Positions 42,758 to 54,762 of a stretch of 64,000 nt of DNA are shown here, in pieces; within the stretch, counting starts at the first letter, position 1; the number at the start of each line of letters is the position of its first letter. The DNA comes from Octopus vulgaris (lineage: Eukaryota): assembly GCA_951406725.2 (NCBI GenBank), contig OX597821.1, positions 102,672,001-102,736,000 of the forward strand, in the 5' to 3' direction. Made by a program: the position numbers and the translations under genes. Below the pieces are notes generated by a model. That model saw nothing but the letters and a program-made list of their open reading frames with translations. It was not told the origin of the DNA and ran no database searches.

Positions 42758-43178
42758 TGCAGACCCTAGCTGTTGGGGGTGCTTGTCTCCCCTTCACAAA
42801 TATAAGGACGCAGGAAATATGTCAAAGCCGACAGGAAGCGTCGATGCTTCCTAGGGCTAAATAGCGGTGGTGTGATTCCCTTTACGGGACTGTCACGTTA
42901 AGTTGACAGTATACAACCACTCTCTCGAGTATTTCTAGTTTTTTTTTTGTGCAAATTTGTAGGTACATAACCTTATGCACCATAACAGGAACAAATGAGG
43001 ATTCAATTATGTATGTATGAATTTTCTTTGACTTTTTTTAAAAGTTCCTGAGGAAGTTGAAGCCGGTCGCTAACAAAGCGACAAGACCTTTTGAGTTAAG
43101 AGTCCCCAGTGTTTGCAGATATGGCTGAACTTCGCCTCTGTTCACATAAGAATCTCAAATGGAGGATTTTTGGAATAT

Positions 43179-43562
43179 TCTTTTACTCTTTTACTTGTTT
43201 CACTCATTTGATTGCGGCCATGCTGGAGCACCGCCTTTAGTCGAGCAAATCGACCCCAGGACTTATTCGTTTTAAGCCTAGTACTTATTCTATCGGCTTC
43301 TTTTGCCGAATCGCTAAGTTACGCTGACATAAACACACCAGTATCGGTTGTCAAGCGATGTTGGGGGGTGGGGAAACACAGACATACGAACACATACACA
43401 CATACATACATATATATATAAACGACGGGCTTCTTTCAGTTTCCGTCTACCAAATCCACTCACAAGGAGAAGACTCTTGCTCAAGGTGCTACGCACTAGG
43501 ACTGAACCCGGAACCATGTGGTTGGAAAGCAAGCTACTTACCACACAGCCACTCCTGCATCT
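43179..43562 (-). mobile_element. SINE family B inserted in the third RLE copy
   Basis: Collinear match to other family B copies. Confidence 0.85.
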
Positions 43563-44569
43563 ATAATATAATAATATCTCAAAACTTTCCCCTTTTGCCA
43601 CTAATAGGTTGGATTTAGATAATCCACGTTAGTTTCTTTTGCTTTTTTCCAGGAAACCGAGTACTTCTAGGATGATTTTGTACAAATTTGTTAGTACATA
43701 ACCTGGCGCACCTATAATAATAACAAATAAGGATTCCTAGTCATCTATGTATGTATGTATGCGACACGGTTGCTGTTAGTGATAGCGGTGAATGTAACCC
43801 AATACAACCTGTCGCATAGTCGGGCTGTCGACGAATAAATCAGATATTCTACCTGTCCAGTTTGGTAAGGAAAACAGCTTTCATTGGATATCCTGCAAGA
43901 CGAAAAAAAAAAAAACCTGCTAAAAGGCGGATGAACTCAATAGACTCCTTGGCCATCCGACATCTAGTAAGAGACTAGTAAGAGACCCTACTACTAGTCT
44001 AGAAGGAAACCTCTGATGTTTCAGCTACAACATCGTAAATTAGTCCTTCGTTTTGGAGGAACTAGGTACGTTGTTTAGAGAGGAGGACTGGACCGATACA
44101 AGTGTTTAAAGTGTTTTTGGTACAACCATTGTTTGATTTTTTATATCTTTATTAAGAGTTGCATTCTGTGATTGGTTGTAACCGTAAAAAGAAAAACCCT
44201 CAATGAAAAAGTGCCCTGATGGAATGAAGGAATGAAGGAATGAAGGAATGTGCCAGCATGGGTGTTAATTCATTGAAAACTTGCTGCAAGAGGCGCCACT
44301 TCTACACAAAAAAGGATAAGTCCCAAGTAGGCCTAAAAAGCCATATTTGTGCTGTTCATGTTTAAGGGAAGAATGAAGCGAGACCATTGCCTGAAATCGA
44401 GCGCCAACCATCATGTATGTATGTATGTATGTATGTATGTATGTATGTATGTATGTATGTATGTATGTATGTATGTATGCATGTATGTATGTATGCATGC
44501 ATGTATATATATGTGTGTGTGTATGTATGTATGTATGTATGTATGTATATATATATATATGTGTGTGTG

Positions 44570-44600
<31 letters not shown>

Positions 44601-45247
44601 TTGTGTGCATGTATGTATGGATTTATGTAAGTATGTATGTATGTATGTATGTATGTATGTATGTGTGTATGTAAGTATGTATCTATATGTGTATGTATGT
44701 ACGTACGTATGTGCATTTATATATGTGTGTGTATGTATGTATGTATGTATGTATGAGTGTGTGTGTATGTGCATGTATGTATGTATGTATGTGTGTATGT
44801 ACGTACGTATGTACATCTCTATATATATATGTGTGTATGTATGTATGTGCATGTATTTGTACGTATGTGCACGTATGTATGTATGTATGTATGTATGTAT
44901 GTATGTATGTATGTTCTGGCGATATTTCTAAAGTCTCACGTATAAAGAGACGGTTCCTTGCCCAGAAATATGACTCTTTCATTGGAATTTTGACAACTTC
45001 AATTTGGATTGTTGTGTGTATACGTGTGCGTGTGTGCGCACGTATGTGTGTGTGTGTGTGTATGTGTGTGTGTCTGTGTGTGTATATATATCTGTGTATG
45101 CGTACGTAGGTATATTTGTGTATGCATGATTACACGCTTCCATATGTGAAAGTAAGGATGTCATTGTATGTGTGGATCCTGAAATTGTGTTTTGATACAC
45201 ACACAGACACGCACACACACATATACACCACATACACACACACACAC

Positions 45248-45299
<52 letters not shown>

Positions 45300-45310
<11 letters not shown>

Positions 45311-45760
45311 CTCATACATATGTCTACTGTGTCTACATGCACTTATCACATGTAAAACTATTGGAATGTTTTACATATTTTTACAGTGGTATTAACATCT
45401 CGTAGCAATAATTTCTTAATTAGCCGTATCCTTTCTGGTTTTTGAAGTCTAACTTCCCAAGATTGGAGCCGAGTCACTTACACTCCCAAGTATCCCAGTA
45501 ATAATAATAGATATCAATGTAAAGCTATAGACGGAGTTAAATAACAGCAGAATTTTCATTAGTTCGGCAGAAATGTTTATTTTTCCGTAATCGTTATGCT
45601 AATATCAGATGCGCGACTGATTTTTACTATCTTACAGAATTTCTTCTTTTTCAATCCCAGATTGTTATGTCTGGTCTATTTTGCTTGTATCTTAGCAAAT
45701 TAACTAAGATACTCCATGTATTTCACACTAACAGGTGACTCCAAAGGAATACATAAATAT
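45300..45760 (-). pseudogene. Decayed RLE endonuclease domain and 3' end of an R2-superfamily LINE
   Basis: RYKQNRPDITIWD*KKKKFCKIVKISRASDISI...AELMKILLLFNSVYSFTLISIITGILGSV...NLGKLDF..PERIRLIKKL...TVKICKTFQ*, with the NRPD motif. Confidence 0.8.
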
Positions 45761-46303
45761 TCCAAATCATTCATCTAGGTTGTATAATTGTCCATGCGAA
45801 GTTAAAATTAGGTAAATCCGAACATGTATCAATGAGATAACTGCTACATATTACTACATGTGAATCATGTAGTAAAGAAATAAGATTGAACAGCTGAAAA
45901 CAGTACTGCAAGCGTTTCAACGTCGTGGTTATTTATTTAATATTGCGGAATTCATTATGCAGTGTTACATAATTTCTCATTACTATATGACAGCGTCATC
46001 TCCTCAGGCGATATACAGCCTTCCATCGGCGAAATCTGATCAATCTTAATAACAATATGCTTTCATATTATGAGTGGTTCTACTTTCAACATCACTGTAA
46101 GTTGTTATTAAATTTTTATTCTCGGGATTATCTTTTCAACGGATTGTATTGCAAAATGGTTTGGCTACTACAACATGCGTCATATCGAGATATCCATACG
46201 CAAGTACATGGAGCCTTGTCTCTTTGTTGGAAACCGGCTCCCTCCTCAGCGGAAGATTTATAATAATTAAAAAATAGAAGAGACTTACATACATTGCATA
46301 CAT

Positions 46304-46698
46304 GTGGCTGTGTGGTAAGTAGCTTGCTAACCAACCACATGGTTCCGGGTTCAGTCCCACTGCGTGGCATCTTGGGCAAGTGTCTTCTGCTATAGCCCCG
46401 GACCGACCAATGCCTTGTGAGTGGATTTGGTAGACGGAAACTGAAAGAAGCCTGTCGTATATATGTATGTATATGTATGTGTGTGTGTTTGTGTGTCTGT
46501 GTCTGTCCCCCTAGCATTGCTTGACAACCGATGCTGGTGTGTTTGCGTCCCCGTAACTTAGCGGTTCGGCAAAAGAGACCGATAGAATAAGTACTGGGCT
46601 TACAAAGAATAAGTCCCGGGGTCGATTTGCTCGACTGAAGGCGGTGCTCCAGCATGGCCGCAGTCAAATGACTGAAACAAGTAAAAGAGTGAAAAGAG
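46304..46698 (+). mobile_element. SINE family B
   Basis: Near-identical to 37066-37503. Confidence 0.92.
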
Positions 46699-46948
46699 TA
46701 TACACATATAAACACTCACAAACACACACCCGTACATATAGTTTTATATAAAATCGTGATTATTCTTGTGCCTCCGTCCTGATTTGTGAATTAAATCGAC
46801 CATGAGCTCGGAATCCGTGGATTGTCTAGAGACACAAGGCATGTTATAAAAAGCTACATAGACTCGCGTCTCCAATGCATGAAATCATTAGCTGCTCGTA
46901 TTTTTATACTGTGTACATTAAATGATATATGTTTATAAAACTATATGT

Positions 46949-47171
46949 AAGGCGGCGAGCTGGCAGACACGTTAGCGTACCGGGCGGAATGCTTAGCGGT
47001 ATTTCGTCTGTCGTTACGTTCTGAGTTCAAATTCCGCCGAGGTCGACTTTGCCTTTCATCCTTTCGGGGTCGATAAATAAAAGTACCAGTTTCGCACTGG
47101 GGTCGATGTAATCGACTTAATCCGTTTGTCTGTCCTCTCTATGTTTAGCCCCTTGTGGGTAGTAAAGAAAT
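46949..47171 (+). mobile_element. SINE family A
   Basis: Match to 2203-2434. Confidence 0.9.
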
Positions 47172-47624
47172 ATATATGTATGGGTGTACACATATTATGT
47201 CATAGTATATATATATATGTGTGTGTGTACGTATGTTATTATGTATATATGTATATCGGGAACAGAGTTAAACATAGTGAGGCACTAAACAACAAGATTG
47301 AGTAGAAAAAAGCCCTATTTGGCAATTGCTAACCAAGGATATGATTGTGTAAACAACTTAACTCAACAAGAAGATCGCTAAGATGCATAGCAAATCCAAG
47401 AGAATGGAGGGAGGGGATACGAAGGGTAAGAGAGGTTCCTTTCGAACTTTGAAAATATGTCTTCAATTATTCAGCTTGAAGACATTTATCAATAGGAGAA
47501 TAATTCTAAACATTCGTTTGCAGTGAGTCAAAATGGCTGAGAGGATTCTAGAACTTGGGAGTAAAGTAGTCGCCGAAAATTTGTTGTAATTGCCAGAAAA
47601 ATGATTTAAATATGTTATCAGTAT

Positions 47625-47748
<124 letters not shown>

Positions 47749-47820
47749 CGTACATATATATACATCGCACTTATATATACATACGTACATATATATACAT
47801 ACGTACATATATATACATCG

Positions 47821-47851
<31 letters not shown>

Positions 47852-48344
47852 ACGTACATACATATATACACACACACACAAACACACACACACATATATA
47901 TGCAATGTGTGCAAAAGTAGGTATATAGTAAGTATTACATCAATGTTATTATAATACTTCATTAAAATTATTAACAGCCTCATTTTTGATATTTTCAGTG
48001 TCATTAATCATAATAATACATTTATCATAACTATAATAATACTTTTATCGTAACTTATAATTTTTTTAATAAAAATAAATGAGCATTGTACGTGTTTTGT
48101 TTTTCATAGCTGTATACATACATTTGCACTACCCTGTGTGTGTATTTGTGTGTGTGTGTGTGTGTATATATTTGCGGGAGCAACTGTTTTATCGAAAGCG
48201 TAAATTGTTGCTAAATGATCGAAATACGAGACTAGGAAAAAAACAGCCAACAACTGATGAGTGGTAGGGTTGATTCGTTCGACGGTGTTCCGGCATTGCC
48301 GCAGCCCAATAATTGAAAGGAACAAAACACACACACACACACAC

Positions 48345-48443
<99 letters not shown>

Positions 48444-48449
48444 GTTCAC

Positions 48450-48646
48450 TAGTTTCAGTCATTAGATTGCGGCCCTGGTAGGGCACTGCATTGATAAATT
48501 GTTTGTCAGATGAATCGATCTCAGTACGTTTTTTAAAGCTGATACTTATTCTATCGGCTCTTTTTGCTGAACCGCTAAGTTATGGGAGTGTAAAAACACG
48601 AACACCAGTTGTGAAGTGGTGATGTGTGATAAACACAGACATAACT

Positions 48647-48680
<34 letters not shown>

Positions 48681-48845
48681 CAATGGGCTTCTTTCAGTTT
48701 CCGTTTACAATTCCACTTAACACGGCTTTGGTTGGCCCGTGGGTACAGTGGAAGAAATTTGCCCAAGGTGCATCGGTGCAGAACTGAAACCGGTACTATA
48801 TGTCAGAAGAGCAAACTTCTTACCACACACCCACATCTTTGCCTC
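48450..48845 (-). mobile_element. SINE family B, diverged
   Basis: Collinear match to other family B copies. Confidence 0.8.
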
Positions 48846-48892
<47 letters not shown>

Positions 48893-48920
48893 AAAAAAGC
48901 AACAAGAATGGATTAAAATA

Positions 48921-49004
48921 TCGGTACAATTGTTTCGTACGAGGACATCTTTAATAAGCTACAAAAAATGCAGTAAATATAGATGGCTCGTACTCGTCAG
49001 CCGA
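48921..49004 (-). ncRNA. Type I hammerhead ribozyme motif with extended stem II
   Basis: TCGG-CTGACGA-GTACGAG.CATCT...AGATG..CTCGTAC-GAA-ACAATTGT-A-CCGA: all core bases present, 7+5-bp stem II, palindromic stem III, GUA cleavage triplet. Confidence 0.82.
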
Positions 49005-49079
49005 AAAAACATCGGAGATTCCCAAACATCAAAAGGGGTAGATACAAATGAGGCTGTGAGTTTAACTGCATTGAAGAGA

Positions 49080-49500
49080 GTTCGATTCCTGGAGATTCGA
49101 TGAAAGGTCTTGAACTTACAGAATTTGTGCATGTCCATATATAGCTCATAGTGAATTGTTAATCAAGTTATGTGAACAAATTTTGGATACAGTCATGCGA
49201 AATTTCTGAGAATCCGAGTAAGAAGCAAAGTGACTGTCATATCGTGTAGAGGAACAGATTGTTATTGAAATTTACAAGAATCACAGATAAGTTCGATTCC
49301 TGGAGATCCGATGAAAGGTCTTGAACTTACAGAATATGTGCATGTCGATATAGTTCATAGTCAATTGTTAATCAAGTTATGTGAAGAAATTTTGGGTACA
49401 ATCGTGCGAAATTTCAGAGAATCCGAGTGAGAAGCAAAGTGACAATCTTATTCTGTAGAGGAACAGATTGTTATTGAAATTTACAAGAATCACAGAGAAG
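49080..49500 (+). repeat. Tandem dimer of a roughly 211-bp unit
   Basis: gttcgattcctggagatYcgatgaaaggtcttgaacttacag...aatttacaagaatcacaga at 49080 and 49291. Confidence 0.9.
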
Positions 49501-49809
49501 AGGAAGGAATTAGAATTTAGCCAGTTACTGCTATTAATTGCTATCAAAGAGAAGGGAATGGGAAGCTAAAGGGAGGGACACAAGTTGATACTATAAGAAA
49601 AAATCTAAGCTTATTTGGTGCAAAATTCGAACTGAGGTCAATTAATTTATTTCTTTATTTATTAATGTTACTATTAATAGATTGTCAGGTTACAATGAGA
49701 GGTCAGTAGAAAGGAAAGAAAAAAAGGAGTTGTTTTCTAATGAGACCAAACAATTATATTATATAATATTATATTATATTATATTATATTATATTATAAT
49801 ATATTATAT

Positions 49810-50218
49810 AGGCGCAGGAGTGGCTGTGTGGTAAGTAGCTTGCTAACCAACCACATGGTTCCGGGTTCAGTCCCACTGCGTGGCATCTTGGGCAAGTGTC
49901 TTCTGCTATAGCCCCGGGCCGACCAATGCCTTGTGAGTGGATTTGGTAGACGGAAACTGAAAGAAGCCTGTCGTATATATGTATATATATGTGTGTGTGT
50001 GTTTGTGTGTCTGTGTTTGCCCCCCTAGCATTGCTTGACAACCGATGCTGTTGTGTTTACGTCCCCGTCACTTAGCGGTTCGGCAAAAGAGACCGATAGA
50101 ATAAGTACTGGGCTTACAAAGAATAAGTCCTGGGGTCGAGCTGCTCGATTAAAGGCGGTGCTCCAGCATGGCCGCAGTCAAATAACTGAAACAAGTAAAA
50201 GAGTAAAAGAGTAAAGAG
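49810..50218 (+). mobile_element. SINE family B, young copy
   Basis: Near-identical to 37066-37503. Confidence 0.92.
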
Positions 50219-50555
50219 ATTATAATAGGTTTGGGATTAGCAGAATTAATTATTAGTGTAAAAGAAACTAAGAAGTTTAACTAACTAATTTTTTATAGGT
50301 AGGTTAAAGTGAAATAGACTAAGAAATAGAGATAAAAATAGAGCAAACTTTAAATTATCTACATAGTCTAATTGAAATAAATCAAATAACTTAAATCAAT
50401 AAGTATTAAATAGTACAGTTAGAGAGAGAATATAATCATAGCTAGTTAGATCGTATCTGTCTAGTTAAATATATAAAAATACTATGTAGGAGTAAAGTAT
50501 AAATCAAAGTGATTTTATACAGAGTGATTTTAATATACAGTTGTCAATCAAAATA

Positions 50556-51205
50556 TCATTTAAAATATTTAAGAGTCTTAGTTCGAGCGTGTATACAAGA
50601 GGTTCCTAGTTCAATTCTGCTGTTCAGTGAAATTTCCCTATTTTTTCTATACATTAGTATTTCAAATGTTTCCATGGAGCAAAGTTGACAACCTACTCTG
50701 CTATCTTTATAGGGTATTGCTCTTCTGACTAATTCCCAATTAAGGTTATATTTGATATTATTGTTTTTTAGTTCCCAAATTTTACTAGAAAGTGGTGCTA
50801 TCAGCTTTATGACGTAATCTGAAGGAAGATAGATGATTGTTCAATCTTTTCTTAAAATTTACAGTACATCCAACATAAGTGAATTTATTATTATCTGTGG
50901 TTATGGAGCATTTATAGATTATGTTATTTAACCCGCATAAACCAGGTGCCGGGCATTTTGATTTAATTCTGCAGTTACATCTAGGGGAATTATAATTTGA
51001 AGTAGAATAACTTGAGGATAGAAGTCTCATACTACTGTTGCTCGAAGGAGTGCGGGTATATTTTTCATGATTTTGGTTATTGCTGCTATCTAAAATAACT
51101 TTATCATTATTGTAGTTAATATTATTATCTAAAGTAGTATTATCATTTATTGGTATTCTTACATTTTCATTTGGTTCTATAGCCCTACTTTCATTATTAA
51201 TATTA
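50556..51205 (-). pseudogene. Penelope-like element GIY-YIG endonuclease relic with Cys-rich linker
   Basis: CNCRIKSKCPAPGLCGLNNIIYKC...TYVGCTVNFKKRLNNHLSSF..., then a frameshift near 50790 into SSKIWELKNNNIKYNLNWELVRRAIPY...CQLCSMETFEI...LNSRIELGTSCIH..., ending with TGA at 50556. Confidence 0.88.
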
Positions 51206-51207
51206 TG

Positions 51208-51492
51208 TGAAGGCACATGGCTTAGTTATTAAGGCATTCGGCTCACGATTGCAAGGTCGTGAGTTCAATTCCCGGCGACTCGTTGTGTCCTTGTGCAAGA
51301 CATTATTTCACTATTATTCCATTAGTTGGTCCTCAGCTGGAAAAAATAAGTAGTACCTGTATTTCAAAGAGCCAGCCTTGTCACACTTTGTGTTACGCTG
51401 AATCTCCCCCAGAACTATGTTAAAGGTACGTGTGTCTGTGGAGTGCTCAGCCACTTGCACGTAAATTTAACGAGCAGAATGTTCCGTTTATC
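51208..51492 (+). mobile_element. SINE with family D-type head and family C-type tail
   Basis: Homologous to 19905-20205. Truncates the Penelope relic at its 5' side. Confidence 0.8.
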
Positions 51493-51494
51493 GT

Positions 51495-51546
<52 letters not shown>

Positions 51547-51671
51547 CCTTATATCTCTATACATGTTATTTAACGTACACGGTATATAATTATGAGCTGC
51601 TAATAGCTTCATACATTAGAAATATTTCCTCGACAAATTTTAGTAACATGCCTAGTGTCTCCTTGCAATCT

Positions 51672-51742
51672 TTGGCCTCTGACCACATTGGCCTCTGACC
51701 ACATTGGCCTCTGACCACATTGGCCTCTGACCACATTGGCCT
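51672..51742 (+). repeat. Perfect 16-bp tandem repeat TTGGCCTCTGACCACA x4.4
   Basis: Units at 51672, 51688, 51704, 51720 and a partial unit at 51736. Confidence 0.95.
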
Positions 51743-52162
51743 ATAAAAGTTACCAATCAAGACAAACCACATGGCTCCGGGTTCAGTTCCACTGGCCAAG
51801 TGTCTTCTATAGCCCCAGTCCGATTAAAGTTTTGTGAGTGAATTTGCTGACGGAAGCTTAAAATAGCCCGCCATGTATGTATGTATGTATGTATGTATGT
51901 ATGTATGTATGTATGTATGTATGTATAAATATACATATCTGTGTGTGTATATATATGTTTGTGTGAGTGTGTGTGCGTGCGTGTGTGTGTGCTTGTGCTC
52001 CACAGCCATTTGACAGCCGTGGTGTTTACGTCCCCATAACTTAGAAGATCGACAAGAGAAATTGATAAACTAAGAACCACGCTTCAAGAAAATTGAGTGG
52101 TAGGGTTGATTCGTTCGACGGTGTTCCGGCATTGCCGCAGCCCAATAATTGAAAGGAATAAA

Positions 52163-52193
<31 letters not shown>

Positions 52194-52694
52194 CACATAT
52201 ATACGATGAGCTTCTTTCAGTTTCCGTCTACTAAACCCGCTCACTAGGCTTCGGTCGGCCCGAGGCTATAGCAGATGACACTTGCCCAAGTTGCCATGCA
52301 GTGGGACTGAACCCGAAACCGTGCGGCTGGTAAGCAAGCTACTTACCATATATATGTATAAATGGAGGATTAAAATTAATCAAAGGACATACTAAGTATG
52401 TCTGTCTGCTGGAAATAACAGCCAAAACTCTTATTTAAATCGCCGAAAAACAACTGATGATAAACTACAGAAATCAATCGCCTGCGGGCGAACGACCTAG
52501 GAAATCTGTAAGCATACATTCAAGTATTTGGACTCACGTGGACCGGTTTCTCGACTGCCATTATAGCTTTCCATCATGGCAACGTGTTCTGAGGAATGTA
52601 TGCTGAGACATTGTCCTAGCCCGTTTTGAACTCAGAACGTAGCGAGGGGTTGAAGTACCGCTTAGCATTTCGTCCAGCTCGCCGCCATACATAC

Positions 52695-52853
52695 ATGTAT
52701 GTATGTATGTATGTATGTATGTATGTATGTATGTATGTATGTATGTATGTATGTACGTATGTATGTACGTATGTACGTATGTATGTATGTACGAATGTAT
52801 GTATGTACGTACGTATGTACGTATGTACGTATGTATGTATGTATGTACGTACG

Positions 52854-52887
<34 letters not shown>

Positions 52888-53017
52888 TGTATGTATGTAT
52901 GTATGTATGTATGTATGTATGTATGTGCGTGCGTGCGTGCGTACGTATGTATGTATGTATGTATGTACGTATGTACGTATGTACGTATGTACGTATGTAC
53001 AAATGTATGTACGTACG

Positions 53018-53051
<34 letters not shown>

Positions 53052-53129
53052 TGTATGTATGTATGTACGTACGTACGTACGTACGTATGTATGTATGTAT
53101 GTATGTATGTATGTATGTATGTACATACG

Positions 53130-53160
<31 letters not shown>

Positions 53161-53269
53161 TTATGTATGTATGTATGTATGTACGTACGTATATATGTAT
53201 GTATGTATGTACGTATGTATGTACGTATGTATGTATGTATGTATGTATGTATGTATGTATGTACGTACG

Positions 53270-53303
<34 letters not shown>

Positions 53304-53488
53304 TGTATGTATGTATGTATGTATGTACGTACGTATATATGTATGTATGTATGTACGTATGTATGTACGTATGTATGTATGTATGTATGTACGTATGTAT
53401 GTACGTACGTACGTACGTACGTACGTACGTATGTATGTATGTATGTATGTATGTATGTATGTATGTATGTATGTATGTATGTATGTAT
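52695..53488. repeat. About 800-bp (TATG)/(TACG) tetranucleotide array
   Basis: Read directly from the sequence; explains the 260-335 aa pseudo-ORFs. Confidence 0.95.
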
Positions 53489-53811
53489 AATAAAAATTAT
53501 ATATATGTAAATAGTGTAAGTAGCGTGTTTGCGTAGTGTATTTGTAGTATATAGTCTGATAACTTACGAACATATGGTGTGGAAGAGTGTAGCATGGTTT
53601 GATTTTAGAACCAAATTCTGGAAGAGTAAATCTATTCTCGGCATCAGTATTTTGAGTGGTAGTCTTCAAGAACTAAATGAATTTCTTTGACCTAATTACA
53701 AACCGTATGCTTAAAGCCACGGCTTCGCGTTTTCCCTTTTGTTATTTTTTGCTGTGTGTGTCAGTGTATAAGCATGCATGTGTGTACATGTGTGTATGTA
53801 TGAGTGTGTGA

Positions 53812-53845
<34 letters not shown>

Positions 53846-54271
53846 AGGGGGCTTGAAAAAAAAAGGAGTCGTTCCGATAACGCATTTCCCCATCCACCTT
53901 CGTTCTCTCATTTTTATCCCCTCGGTTTGTTCCCAGCTTACCCTCAACCACTACCCAACCACGTCATCTCACGACCCCAGGGAGCATTTAGGTTTGAGAG
54001 CATGAACGGTGGGGGTGAGAGAGGTGAGAGGTGGTTGAATATATTCGCCAGTTCTAACCGCGAAGCCCTTCCCCTCCCAGCTTTTCTTGATTCACGTTAC
54101 AGTGGTTCTTATAATATGATTCAATTCAATTGTATGCTTGAATTCTTTCTTAAAAGATGACGCTAATCAGATGCTCAATGGCTCGTTCCCACATCGACGG
54201 CAGAGAGTGTATATGTATAATATACATACATGCACACATACATACATACATACATACATACATACATACAT

Positions 54272-54762
<491 letters not shown>

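Larger units (their letters stand above)
42324..42925. mobile_element. Fold-back insertion with about 245-bp inverted arms and 12-bp TSD
   Basis: Arms 42387-42631 and 42672-42916. TSD CGAGTATTTCTA at 42312-42323 and 42926-42937. The host RLE sequence is collinear once the insert is removed. Confidence 0.9.
41540..43745 (-). mobile_element. Three head-to-tail 3' ends of an RLE non-LTR retrotransposon
   Basis: Minus-strand translations: FSFAPIIISALGYV...LQIQSI (about 42005-41860); FVPV..GYVPTNL..LEILGF..LQIQSISGTVKICKASQKISI* (43005-42215, interrupted); FVIIIGAPGYVLTNL..LEVLGF (about 43730-43630). Each is followed by a 3' UTR with the hairpin GTCGCT-TTRTT-AGCGAC (decayed in the first copy). 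Confidence 0.8.

Noticed and set aside
46128-46715. Recurrent ORFs with AAMLEHRL / [15 protein letters not shown]
   Set aside because: Antisense translations of SINE family B, not a gene family.
52616-53669. Several 260-335-aa ORFs
   Set aside because: Stop-free (TATG)n array; same for the other YI/HT/CV/MYVC ORFs throughout the window.
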